Origin: a virus
Taxonomy: Duplodnaviria > Caudoviricetes
DNA length: 62,402 nt
Strand: one strand, 5' to 3'
Virus record (IMG/VR): IMGVR_UViG_3300032241_001301
Span: 1-62,402 of that record
Under the pieces are notes generated by a model. The model saw only the letters and a program-made list of their open reading frames with translations, was not told the origin of the DNA and made no database searches. Position numbers and translations under genes: made by a program. Below are positions 29,101-35,464 of the stretch, piece after piece. Within the stretch, counting starts at the first letter, position 1; every line of letters starts with the position of its first letter.

Positions 29101-30632
29101 TTGGAAACCAAAGCGTCAAAAGTAAAGGAACTTTTGTATCCACCGCTAATAGTGAAATCGTAAACGGCACTAGTTAGTTCGGCGCTACTTCCTGATGCCG
29201 TAGTTGTTTTGCTGATTACAACCGTAACTGAACTGCCAGAACCCGATGAACTAACGACGGTTGCCCCTGCTGGAATACCCGTTCCAACAACGTATTGTCC
29301 GGCAACCACCGTTGCTCCGCTGAGAAAACCCGTCAAGTGGGTGGTTCCGCTTGCCCACGTCAAAGAAGTGTCGTTCGCATTTCCTAAAGCAACAAACTGG
29401 TCGCCCGTAGCAGTTCCACCAGCACCCGTCGCAAGGGTGATGTATGTGCCAGAAACTGACGTAATGGCGTTTTCAGTAACATACGACGTGTGCGTGGAGT
29501 CGTTGACAAGCATCCCCGGTACGAAACCGTTGTATGCCGAAAGGTTGGTGATGTGCGTTGAGCCGGTGGTGACGTTTCCCACGAAGCCAACATTGGGAGT
29601 TGGCAATACAAAGTTGCGCTCGTCAATGCCGGTAATGCCCAATACATAAGGCGTAAAAATGTCATAGTTGGTGTAAAGAACGCCATTGGTGCTGTCAATA
29701 GAAATAATCTTTCCGCAGTTCCAACCAGTCGGAACAGGATTTTGGTTTGTGGATTCCAAACCAAAATAAACCGTGACAGTTTGCCCCACGGCAAAACCCA
29801 CGGTGGTGGAAACCAAAATCTGCGTCTTGCTGTATCCAACAATGATTTTGTTTACAAATGGTGGGCTGAAAATGCCAGCCGTAGCGTCGGGAAGGATTGT
29901 GTTCAGGTTGGACAAAGATTGTTCGTCTGCTGAAGCGGAAATGTACATCGGGGCGACACTGCCGTTTCCTACGTAATAAGGAAGCGGTGGATTGCCCTCA
30001 ATGTTGGGGGAATAAATGTTGCTGGAAAAGAACTGACCAACAGCCTTATTCGCCGGTGGGTTGTAGAAAGACAGGTTCGGTGACATAACCGACGAAATGT
30101 TGCCCGACCCTTGTGGCAACATAAGTGCTGAAAGGGGGAAATCAAAAGGGTCAATGGATTGGTTGCTGGGCGTTGTTGGAACAAGACCCGTGGCTCCGAC
30201 CTCAAGCCACTCGCTAAATGGTGCGTCAGTAGATGTAGCGTCTGGTGAAAAAATGACTTGGTTGGTCTGTTGCCCTTCCAAAATAGCAAGCACTTGCCCT
30301 TCAGAAGTTTTTTCGATTGAGTCTACGTAGATAAAAGTGTCGCCACCTGAAGCCGAAAACGTGCCACTTGACCCGTCATTGGGGTTGCCTACAGTGGTGT
30401 TGAGGCTACGAGTACCAGCCGTAGGTTGCGTGGACTGCGTGTAGTTGGTGAAAAACTGGTCAACGTGTTCGGCGTTGCCGTAATACGTGTAACCCGATTC
30501 ATCGGGGATTGGCGCAGTACTGAAATGCGTAAAGTCATTGAGAGCAGAAGCAATGTCGCTTCCGTCGCCCACCACCGTAATTGTTCCGTTGGAGTCAATA
30601 GTTGTTGATGGAATAGCAACAATGGGCTTCAT
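17139..30632 (-). CDS. Giant (4497 aa) multi-domain tail-tip/adhesin protein with a distal-tail-like C-terminus
   Basis: Lies directly after the tape measure; T/S/G/N-rich; repeated ~65-aa beta modules, GxDGNLW propeller repeats, FN3-like segments and a C-terminal WWL...GVFYPLGSSRPV domain. Confidence 0.8.
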   Translation of the reverse strand: MKPIVAIPSTTIDSNGTITVVGDGSDIASALNDFTHFSTAPIPDESGYTYYGNAEHVDQFFTNYTQSTQPTAGTRSLNTTVGNPNDGSSGTFSASGGDTFIYVDSIEKTSEGQVLAILEGQQTNQVIFSPDATSTDAPFSEWLEVGATGLVPTTPSNQSIDPFDFPLSALMLPQGSGNISSVMSPNLSFYNPPANKAVGQFFSSNIYSPNIEGNPPLPYYVGNGSVAPMYISASADEQSLSNLNTILPDATAGIFSPPFVNKIIVGYSKTQILVSTTVGFAVGQTVTVYFGLESTNQNPVPTGWNCGKIISIDSTNGVLYTNYDIFTPYVLGITGIDERNFVLPTPNVGFVGNVTTGSTHITNLSAYNGFVPGMLVNDSTHTSYVTENAITSVSGTYITLATGAGGTATGDQFVALGNANDTSLTWASGTTHLTGFLSGATVVAGQYVVGTGIPAGATVVSSSGSGSSVTVVISKTTTASGSSAELTSAVYDFTISGGYKSSFTFDALVSNTSVLMSPVSQVQGSLLAGMSVTGSYVSGTTTVANPNGVEDAYVSGQPVTFEGSFATGVNTINVASTTLPSGYTSNGMFGLSVGQILAPSNYFPDGTCIIGINTTDGYITVSNTPTQTVSLPAFENFTTEPMYAQTFSFVGEVTNGSTTVTLTETNTSYSSVFYGLTQGTVICTNQLYGANYTIAGINTGDGTITLSEVWAGTTETIQLNGYNGYVYLSQPATGSGKVKLTVGYTVSTATAFGATIEGHTTLLNTDGGVGYKCEFFSAPYVATSPYNNPNYGGLLILPVKINSISNTPLTNATSVATIGNNNSFVSGTEKYANVFQSSTFVGTFIASGGTYAENTATVSSVKGDIRVGSQLFIKGGSGGNLVFFGTQGGVLTITAVSGTTITFTPDFFQSGVDGGTTVTAQIIATPPVQIADLTGVSIGQAYASGFTTLSVSGSHYSPAVSSVLLSSNATLDPVVDTKTFTGNTSFNSAVINNIPNTQGLLVGMAVSGTYVPAGTVIESVDTANQITLSANATSTSTLSSFTANYYNIYIGEYVGGTTNVFNGYHVTHADSYNTRIVVGEAVVSGSYYGTSSTYTMEVEGTENLSVATPNVWTGNIATTNNGICQVSESAIANINIGDVVYIPYSVGGLNPEGWAGYSNAFVSSIVSGGISNGENVYTVFLEDNDGQPYPIKYAPLDGTGEGDQSGTFVNYTPQYIYNKSRLVCLGINATKNTALMWAVDKPLPVGGKFVNTSAYPNGNNQNSIYPVTNTVPIASAFTTPLQDGSGAGVIALRGNITGNHDAGTAVSSYDKGNRYFGSSTVGDLETLSPINIGSLFGTTLSKSVNPGATSATVAPLKNTSNLVGGTYYDQYGNVATQGFPITSGTSLKGCTVYEGNNYITAVWNTNPTNGGRPSVGWNVTGAGIPANTFVTYVRGTEIGISNNATASAVEDGTFTFTPDVWGVMVVGQGDTQESVIFTTNYAFTSGQETGNTVSPATFQLAKGQAFSYPHAVGEPVFVPNIKTTGFANQHAKEAPILGGADNSAGNQGINSVVVDNTNGQVATTATFTLGLSPILVPVGAKNTPNTSATVINSSSSGDTSITLTNISGFPDNFDTPYNTTNFVTPEVGRLAGYTASGTNTISLVLSETSLPKDLFSVRIGTDYYYVYGGNPSSSVSSTNAVDVLLFSNTANNYYDGTPVHVGALSPSSRYNSVYVPNFRLNRSFTGVLTEGSASVTGVVSSTELMGSVYSSSGGTAGQNTLSFDYSPPQIGMRIFGDASIQKDTYIVSFDSTTSTAVLSKPFLNDSAYGSLWAAFEVQGEGVPLGSFIQNVSGSTVTLGYFTNAYGTNSAIGPASATVSGTQTINIYAGLPTAIGQTPNTGFTTVYTTPLAVALSAGDTIHLSSGGHSDQVTLASSANVGDTSITIEPYVPTFSHECSVVSNGALFGWNNGNVNGGTVASYGLPNQILAGDPIVLVASNSLEPELPISQSLVVAETPSFDATSIVVEPFSPNYAYDDNPTGIAFTGSVTSGSNVVATTNGGSIHVGQQIFDGSGNDVFSGASAFVQSVSTTTVVSGGGTTYYGGLENMVVGGDGNLYGFSNTGNVGIFKISPTGVVENFFPASTYFSGVFQSACAGSDGAIWYYNDDGTLLVRMSYSGTFTTYSTPFPTYQNGSLCLGPDGNLWTSGWAGAGETSPTVYKVSTSGTFTAVPLIGDSITSVNNNIISDGTYLYVADNNGTQRLLRWDTGGNAFAHGVISGMTLLGNIAYDGTLIWMLGTTGGLAVASVNSSGTVTYYNDTTLTTGVSNGVMEWFYGFLVFNISENIYIANIASFTSGSFTSEGLAPVSGGLNFYCDNTNTIFWSWTGNSPTCELVGIPISGSEIMISPLLYNGVSITEWLLNLSTNSVSDQSSISFYTNGTSITTPPVYNMNDGNNTEELVPAVPPVLLPTGDPWRLSLARPMLYPHSNNTTVTYYRKPITHVGDTVITPDTKKLKTYNGKKWIDSEISSVQVHHAAQSSTNGNDKISLELLDTQTGDVVPLDTLSQFANNLNVPTHTVRMGGKRSTHPSGRKWKPSDLHTTAIRVSTTTPAGKKTLHRSTRGVFVIRPKGQLDSVYMAPSSNVLFERINGNYQTVSQSGDPAQNGYTINWVYNDGIKTVPPVGYEIKIYDAAVASSKFFSPDSTNPLVHTVGRGPYTSSAITWSDGYVNGATYVAFVRVLKQKEAQTEYTDWVATSFATTVEQPLPPLVAVSPDASISANKLSIQTSDNLFSAQNGSFDNGASGWHTTANDTDSILDSGGTGITLGQDLVAGSTYTQISIGAVGSISDVGALSGTGTGVFSVTGNTIRNTAENTAGAFYITGTVTAGSNTVTGVTLPNDTNIPLNWLVVSKNFPPLTSLLSVAYSSQTASNVTWNFKFSQAATASGTQVVMNEALATEAIGFPLPGKQYWVLVGSEKILVETVPKSTGQGSELQIIQRGYLGTTPASHSLNATVTYGLQNDIYAGYEGNVYFNYPATQAQEQVKDLVLVADVPATLPTTTQGPAVTTSITGQSIFIPNGDGLPTADNIVYVISTSGGIQPGDEVTFSTTVPPAPGSPPNPTLVFPPKPKSSFTVQAVQTALLKATIGATGNSNGVADQIANWLLGITTGGSITDQYNSGYIASTASSLGYSSNGTGAGALGKTIQLLTTPTGTSFNANDIQSFKQKFGTKKNPKLSAGDQIIIEVDTWDASKFIPDLRPPTGGEYTQLIFGENKNYPEWVYTFMSAYGIRNPSQESLQAFLRWSTAEGNEVAYNNPINISPSSSWWEGGTAPSPGTYKTITIPGVGGWSGPASLQPAGKFLRFHSPDGGAEATAAWLQAGASEFGYNYIFQALNDPTISVVPGLPYPSGEKAPYAVIASAVCWHPGSWGTDVGICQVTGISGDTVTFTGVNGYTGSSAGGSVVTDYNTYVSYDIGTATSNTFVLSGVAGISVGDYLLVGTDAKEIINNPDGVSTPNGGSNAFTPATGETPWIRNNVQVAFTLSQTFDPFAAIYAKGSASANGYNPLNLNVSNGLASFGDFAFSFKDPATNKVVACAYIPPNAKVYYVITEAVPVEGNGQVLELTLSAGQSTVLPAGLLLHKYDSANFYNTRAGATHTSLGTKDISAHKVNGNQLVPTQYSFSEPFRIGFNAPPIYADAIMGWYDTGTSTFTQISSSGTYPSGANNYAFNAFSVSTSVTGVSAGSVIQAQGLPVGTVVTNLYSPGGGLEVIYFGGNVGYVPAVTSTTYATEQTITVYASNSFVIPAGSTSVPVIPFRSRRSFDRHIPVLFSVPSPFGANALQITASGTFGEITTYSANGFNNQNAIPVNVGQTYGFAGFGTSLYVPKRDSITVTPSAVSGNTITISDTTGITVGSTVQNVLYGINTTVDNVLNSTQLTLVPTQEFAIASALGVITELPFTITVEPTFKLLVDWYDNAGNFLVTDDGTTSLATGEQNYFNTLGTMPSSDFTSIAWQPSAIVFKAPPLTVFTGAKYTPTDPANPQNGGTFNSSSNGVLTLAQGTNITVEGVANGVISKPVDADTSVTVKFPNRNGPKTAGGSYTLNIQATYACPRIQFSNTQSGDVYAVSGLIFQAMTPHLPDNTYVPLNTLLPALTQTPNPLNAPVNTFAIPQTTPTSGVNTLYLFDPTNDNSTRELHRGTSPTSASYAIASNALAGDETISLNNVNGLARGAEITIGSGQTNETNYVSSAWDGTETVALNDPLVYNHNVGEIVSATVTLITNGLKHTQKAGTLVGVFNYNNDGYINTPNTTYSYNVQRSDDGGITYTTLYGANAVSADETGVALQTDVQVIPNAVNYYQVIPTFVDINGTSVPGVSVSGLPSPKLQTNSWWLGSTSNPALRFPVLVQNQVEETQKHPVGVFYPLGSSRPVITQGVVQGRDATITIIWTDIEHWQDFINMLNLGETLVLTDPVEGERRYIALSDDVKVTHNSGGSPYREVSITYVEAPPPSGYSYTYGQ

Positions 30633-30663
30633 AGATAACCCTTACTTTACTACGCTATTTCGA

Positions 30664-33600
30664 TTAGCGACCCCTAGTTTTCAGGGTGTAGCGCAACGGT
30701 TTCAGCACTTGTTCATTGACGTGGTGTGCCACAAGGTCGGCAACGTGTTGTGGGTCTGTAGTTCCATTGACGTTGATTTGGATAGCCCCAGAGGCCACCT
30801 GAACGGTGCCACCACCAATGCCTGCGGTATTACCACTAGCGACCGCTGTAGCACTGTGAGCAAGGGCAGTAGCAGTGCTAGGGCCACCAATGGTGGAAAG
30901 CGTATTGACGTGGACCGCCCCACCAAGCCACGGTATCCACCCCGTTAGGGCATCCCACGCTTTAATAATCAAGTTCACCGTATCAACAAACCCGTTGTAC
31001 ATACCGTCCCAAATCGTTGTGCCAAGTTTGGTGATGGTGTTCCACAAACTAGTGAACCAATCGCCAACTGCGTCAAGGCCCTTCATGATTTCAGTACCAG
31101 CCCACTTAGCAGCATCAACAATGGCGTGCCAAACGTCCACAACAAACTTCTTTACGGTGTTCCAGTGGGTCACTAGCACGTAAGTGATGGCAATCACACC
31201 AGCAATAGCAAGAACCACAAGGGCAATGGGCCACGTAGCCGCAAAAACAGCAACAGCAGTAGCGGTCCAACCGGCAATCATTTCCGCAAAGAAGCCAACG
31301 CCTTCTGCCATCAAACCAGCCTCTTCGGCTGCGATAGTGGCGTTGGATGCCGTAGCAATAGCAGTTATTTCACCATAGGCGGCATTCGCTTCCATTGTCA
31401 TAGTTGCGTATTTTGTGGTGGTTTCGGCAGTAGCGGTAGCCGTTTCACCACTTACAGCCGTTGCCATTTCGGTAGTAGATGCAACCGCATCGCTAGCGGC
31501 CTTAGAAAAGACCGAACTAAAGACGTTGCCCAAACCGCTAACCATGTCCTTGATGCCGGTGAACATTGGACCAATCCCACTAAGCACCATAGACAGTTGC
31601 ATAGCGGAATTAGCCATGGTTTGGAAATCAACCGATTTCTTTGTCCCTATGTTCCCAAGGGTGGAGAACGACGAAAGATTAGCAAAGGGGTTTCCACCCA
31701 TAAATCCCATCGCAGCCATCCCAGCGCCCATACCAGCGCCCATAAGACCGCCACCCATACGACCCATACCGCCAAGTGCGCCAAAGAAACGACTGCCACG
31801 CATAGATTTGGCAATGTTTTCACTAGCAATAGTTTGCTTGACAGCGGATTCGGCAAGAAGGGCTTGCGCCTCTGCTGTTTTGGGGTTGGAAAAATTGTCG
31901 CTAACGTACAAACCGTTCTCTTCCCTAGTGAAACTTCCAAACCCAGGCACGTTCTCCACAGCCTTAGCAACGTTTTGGGCGGTGTTGCTTCCCGACCCAC
32001 CAATACCCATTTCCGTAATTTGTGCAAGGGTCTTTTCTTGAACGTCAAGTTGTTCGTGAGCGACTTCCACCAAAGCGTTGCTGTTCATACGCTGGATGTC
32101 CTCGGGAGACAAGTTGCCCAAAAGGTAGTTCTTTAGTGCCCCGGGATTTTGTTGGCGAATAGCGGCATACAATTCACCACGACGTTCTTGACGGAAAGCA
32201 GCCTTTTCTGACGGACCCTGCATCTGAGTCATTGTCCGGTAACGTTCAGCCAAACGAACAGGCATTTCACCACGGTTGACCAGTTCGTTGATTTTGCGAT
32301 AGGCAAGTTCCTCTTGACCCTTACCAATGCCAAGGCGATATTGACCTAAGTATTTCAGTGGGTTGGCACCACTAAGGTTCCCGAAAGCGGACTTCTGCAC
32401 CACCACAAGGCGTTCCAGTGCCTTCATAGCCAGTTCGGCACCTTGACCAATAGCCTTGAAGGGCATAAGGATTGCGTTAATAGCAAACTTGGCACCAAAG
32501 AAAGCCAACAACGCCCCTCCGGCAATTTCAAGAATTCCGTTCCAGTGCGTCGCCCATTTGGTCACGTCATCAACAATGCGAACCAACCAACCCTCGACCT
32601 TGGCAAAGCCCAATGCAAATGTGGTGAACCACTTTGCCCCCACCTCAATAAGGGGGGCGATAGCAATAAGAATGTTGGCAAATGCCGTAGCCATAGCCGG
32701 AAGGATAGGCATAATGGCCTGCAACACCGCTAACCATGATTTCATAAGTGCGTCCAACGTTCCGTCGGATTCCATTTGCTTAAAAACCTTCATAAGAGCA
32801 TCAAGACCCGGCATGAGTGCCTTTACAATTTCGTCAGCCAAAGCACTGAAATCGGCAAGGAGAGTTTTTATCGCTTTGTTGTTGAACAGTGAGTTCAGGT
32901 CGGTAGCGATAGTGGTAATAAACCCAAAGATTGGCTGAAAAATACTCATAATCGCTGGGATAATGCCGTTCACCATAAGGTTGATAAGCGGTTGAAAGGC
33001 CACCAGCAAGTTACCAATGTCTTTACCAATGGCGGTGGCGATTGGTGTGAAGGCCGAGGCGGCCGCTGTGATGACGTTTAGCAACGGCTGAAGGGTAACC
33101 GTCAGGATAGATGCCATTTGGTCAAGGATTGGAAGCAGACCCGTGCCAAGTGTTTGCATCAGGAGGTTGAGGTCGTTCTGCATACGCTCAACCGGCGACA
33201 TAGCGGCCTCAGCAGCACCCTTGGTGTGTTTGTTAATCAACTGCAAAAACTGTTCCTGCGCCGCCATAAGACCGTTCATGGCCTCAGTTCGCCCAATGCG
33301 CAACTGTTCTTGCTTAGACAACTGAATACCCATACGGGTCATTGCGCTCATGTGCTTGGCTGGGTCAGCCATAACACGAGCCAACATACGTGCTGAACTA
33401 GTAAGACCGCCACTACTGTTTCCCATTACTGCCGCTACGTTGGCGGCAACACTCAACGTCTGCTGGAAAGTTTGTGGCATTTTTTTGTAAAGATTTGCCA
33501 AGTCTTGGTTCGGGAGCAAAAGGTTCTGCGCCTGAACAATTTGGTTCTTTTGGATACCCGTTTGTAGTGAAAGGGTAGTTGCTTGTTGGTTAAGAACCTT

Positions 33601-33951
33601 GGAATACTGTTCGCCGTCTTTTTTCAGCGCACTTACTGAACCGGCAACGGTAGAAAGGTTGCCGACAAATGCCGCACCGGAAAGACCTTGGTTCTTGATG
33701 AGGTTAGCCTGAACTGCTTGGATGCTTTCCTGCTGGGAAGCCAAGTCCATGCCCTTGTCGATAATGTCTGCGACACCACCAATAACAAAGGCTTTGGTTA
33801 GAACGCCACCAAGGTCGCTAAACAAACCGCCCATTTTGCCCGTAGCGGCTTGGGTGTAGGCCACCATTTGGTCAAGGGCTTTATGTGCCGGTGCTGGGTC
33901 AAGGTCAAGCATCGCTCGGATTTCAGACCCGTTGCTCATTGTGTCACTCAT
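30664..33951 (-). CDS. Tape measure protein
   Basis: 1095 aa of amphipathic helical repeats with W-spaced C-terminal repeats; follows the tail assembly chaperone. Confidence 0.9.
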   Translation of the reverse strand: MSDTMSNGSEIRAMLDLDPAPAHKALDQMVAYTQAATGKMGGLFSDLGGVLTKAFVIGGVADIIDKGMDLASQQESIQAVQANLIKNQGLSGAAFVGNLSTVAGSVSALKKDGEQYSKVLNQQATTLSLQTGIQKNQIVQAQNLLLPNQDLANLYKKMPQTFQQTLSVAANVAAVMGNSSGGLTSSARMLARVMADPAKHMSAMTRMGIQLSKQEQLRIGRTEAMNGLMAAQEQFLQLINKHTKGAAEAAMSPVERMQNDLNLLMQTLGTGLLPILDQMASILTVTLQPLLNVITAAASAFTPIATAIGKDIGNLLVAFQPLINLMVNGIIPAIMSIFQPIFGFITTIATDLNSLFNNKAIKTLLADFSALADEIVKALMPGLDALMKVFKQMESDGTLDALMKSWLAVLQAIMPILPAMATAFANILIAIAPLIEVGAKWFTTFALGFAKVEGWLVRIVDDVTKWATHWNGILEIAGGALLAFFGAKFAINAILMPFKAIGQGAELAMKALERLVVVQKSAFGNLSGANPLKYLGQYRLGIGKGQEELAYRKINELVNRGEMPVRLAERYRTMTQMQGPSEKAAFRQERRGELYAAIRQQNPGALKNYLLGNLSPEDIQRMNSNALVEVAHEQLDVQEKTLAQITEMGIGGSGSNTAQNVAKAVENVPGFGSFTREENGLYVSDNFSNPKTAEAQALLAESAVKQTIASENIAKSMRGSRFFGALGGMGRMGGGLMGAGMGAGMAAMGFMGGNPFANLSSFSTLGNIGTKKSVDFQTMANSAMQLSMVLSGIGPMFTGIKDMVSGLGNVFSSVFSKAASDAVASTTEMATAVSGETATATAETTTKYATMTMEANAAYGEITAIATASNATIAAEEAGLMAEGVGFFAEMIAGWTATAVAVFAATWPIALVVLAIAGVIAITYVLVTHWNTVKKFVVDVWHAIVDAAKWAGTEIMKGLDAVGDWFTSLWNTITKLGTTIWDGMYNGFVDTVNLIIKAWDALTGWIPWLGGAVHVNTLSTIGGPSTATALAHSATAVASGNTAGIGGGTVQVASGAIQINVNGTTDPQHVADLVAHHVNEQVLKPLRYTLKTRGR

Positions 33952-33983
33952 GCACCACCCCCTTCCAAAAGGAAAAAACGACT

Positions 33984-34014
33984 AAACACCTAGTGAAATC
34001 GTACTAGGGGTTTA
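33984..34014 (-). terminator. Hairpin / possible terminator before the tape measure gene
   Basis: TAAAC-CCTAGT...ACTAGG-GTTTA inverted repeat, with a T-rich run downstream on the minus strand. Confidence 0.45.
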
Positions 34015-34212
34015 GCCGTTTCTTGCTTGTTTCATTGCCTGCTCATGCTCAAAGGCACGGAGTTTCCATACCGCTTGCCACTCAACAACCTCAATGGCAG
34101 TAATGGGCTTATGCGCTGGTGAACCGTCTAGCAACTCGCCAACAGTCCTACCAAGTTTTTCCGCTAGTTCGTAGAGGAATCGTCGGTAGGGGTTGGCGAG
34201 GAGTCTTTTCCC
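34012..34212 (-). CDS. Tail assembly chaperone C-terminal extension (-1 frameshift product)
   Basis: Slippery GGGAAAA at 34212-34206; the -1 frame reads RLLANPYRRFLYELAEKLGRTVGELL...EVVEWQA...ARNG*. Confidence 0.85.
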   Translation of the reverse strand, partial: GKRLLANPYRRFLYELAEKLGRTVGELLDGSPAHKPITAIEVVEWQAVWKLRAFEHEQAMKQARNG

Positions 34213-34565
34213 GCTTCGTCCACCGCCGAAGTTCCGTCTGCGCTGTCAAGCATTCCACTAAGACGCATAGCCGTGTTAGCAATAAGTTCGATAGGTGCTG
34301 ACGACTTAGCCATCAAAGCGTCACGGTCAGACTCGAAGAACACACGCTCGCCGGTATTGGGGTCGTAGGTACACATAATCACCATGTCGGGCAACAGTTC
34401 CTGAACGTTGAACTGACCACCGTTTGCGACGGCGTTGGCAATCATCTGTGAACGTGCCTTTGCGGTCATGGATTTCACCATAACAGTGACGTTCCACTGG
34501 GGAACAAAAAGCGTTTCACTTTCGATGTCATCCGTGGCAAAAATCTGTGCTGAAAGCGTGGACAT
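34164..34565 (-). CDS. Tail assembly chaperone
   Basis: VPQW..TV.VKSMT.K.R and DP.TGERVF...D..AL motifs; ends in EAGK at the slippery site. Confidence 0.85.
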   Translation of the reverse strand: MSTLSAQIFATDDIESETLFVPQWNVTVMVKSMTAKARSQMIANAVANGGQFNVQELLPDMVIMCTYDPNTGERVFFESDRDALMAKSSAPIELIANTAMRLSGMLDSADGTSAVDEAGKDSSPTPTDDSSTN

Positions 34566-34605
34566 AGAATCTCCTACTAGGGTTTATACCTAGTAGTGTA
34601 GCGTA

Positions 34606-35361
34606 CTAAATCAAGTCACGGGATACTGAACCCGTAACCTGTAGTTCAGCATCAAACGTGATGACACCGCTAACCGGCGACTTCAAATCGTACTTGGTAA
34701 GCACGCCTTGACCAAAATACTTGGGCGAGGGGTTTCCACCAACAAACCCACCGGGGTCAGCAGGGCCATACACAAAATTGATAAACGAACCGGGCGTGTT
34801 CTGGTAATTAAACATTTGCTGGAAAATGTAGTCAAGACCGCCATTGGATTCGCCAAAAATGGTGCTGGAACCGTCGTACTGACCACTGAACGTAAGGGTG
34901 TAGTCCTTCAGACCCACGATGTACGACTTGACACCAGTGGCGTTGAAAGTCGTAGTTTCAGCAGCGTCAACAGCCGTCGGGAACTCAATGGTGTTGATGT
35001 AGGGCGAAAGGTTGAACATTGGCAAAGCGTAACCAGTACCCGACGTAAAGGAAACGCTGTTGTCAATGGTGTTCGCCCATGCAAACGTACCCGTAGCAGG
35101 GGCAGCCAGCGAAACAACGGGGTACGCCAACGAGGGCATCGGAACCATGTTTTGGTTTCCAGCAGGAAGGATAAACGCACCGTAGTACGAGGTCGAACCA
35201 ACCACTGCCAAAGCAGTGTCATTCGCAAGCAAAGAACCACCCTGAACGGTCAAAGAACACGAGTTGGCAGTCAGGCTGGTGAACGTGTTGGTGTTCTGCG
35301 TGGCGGCGTTCTCAAACCCAAGTGCAAGAAACGCATTCTTACCGTGCTGGAAAATTGGCAT
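34606..35361 (-). CDS. Major tail (tube) protein
   Basis: AETTTF...KSYIVGLKD.T.TFSG.YD...SPVSGVITFDAELQVTG; lies upstream of the chaperone. Confidence 0.85.
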   Translation of the reverse strand: MPIFQHGKNAFLALGFENAATQNTNTFTSLTANSCSLTVQGGSLLANDTALAVVGSTSYYGAFILPAGNQNMVPMPSLAYPVVSLAAPATGTFAWANTIDNSVSFTSGTGYALPMFNLSPYINTIEFPTAVDAAETTTFNATGVKSYIVGLKDYTLTFSGQYDGSSTIFGESNGGLDYIFQQMFNYQNTPGSFINFVYGPADPGGFVGGNPSPKYFGQGVLTKYDLKSPVSGVITFDAELQVTGSVSRDLI

Positions 35362-35464
35362 TGTGGCTCCTTAGTAGCGACCAGCACGAAAAAACAAACC
35401 GTGCGTCTAGGTAAATAGTACCCCAGAATTGGAAAATCACTATCTTGTAGAAAGTTAGTGAAAT

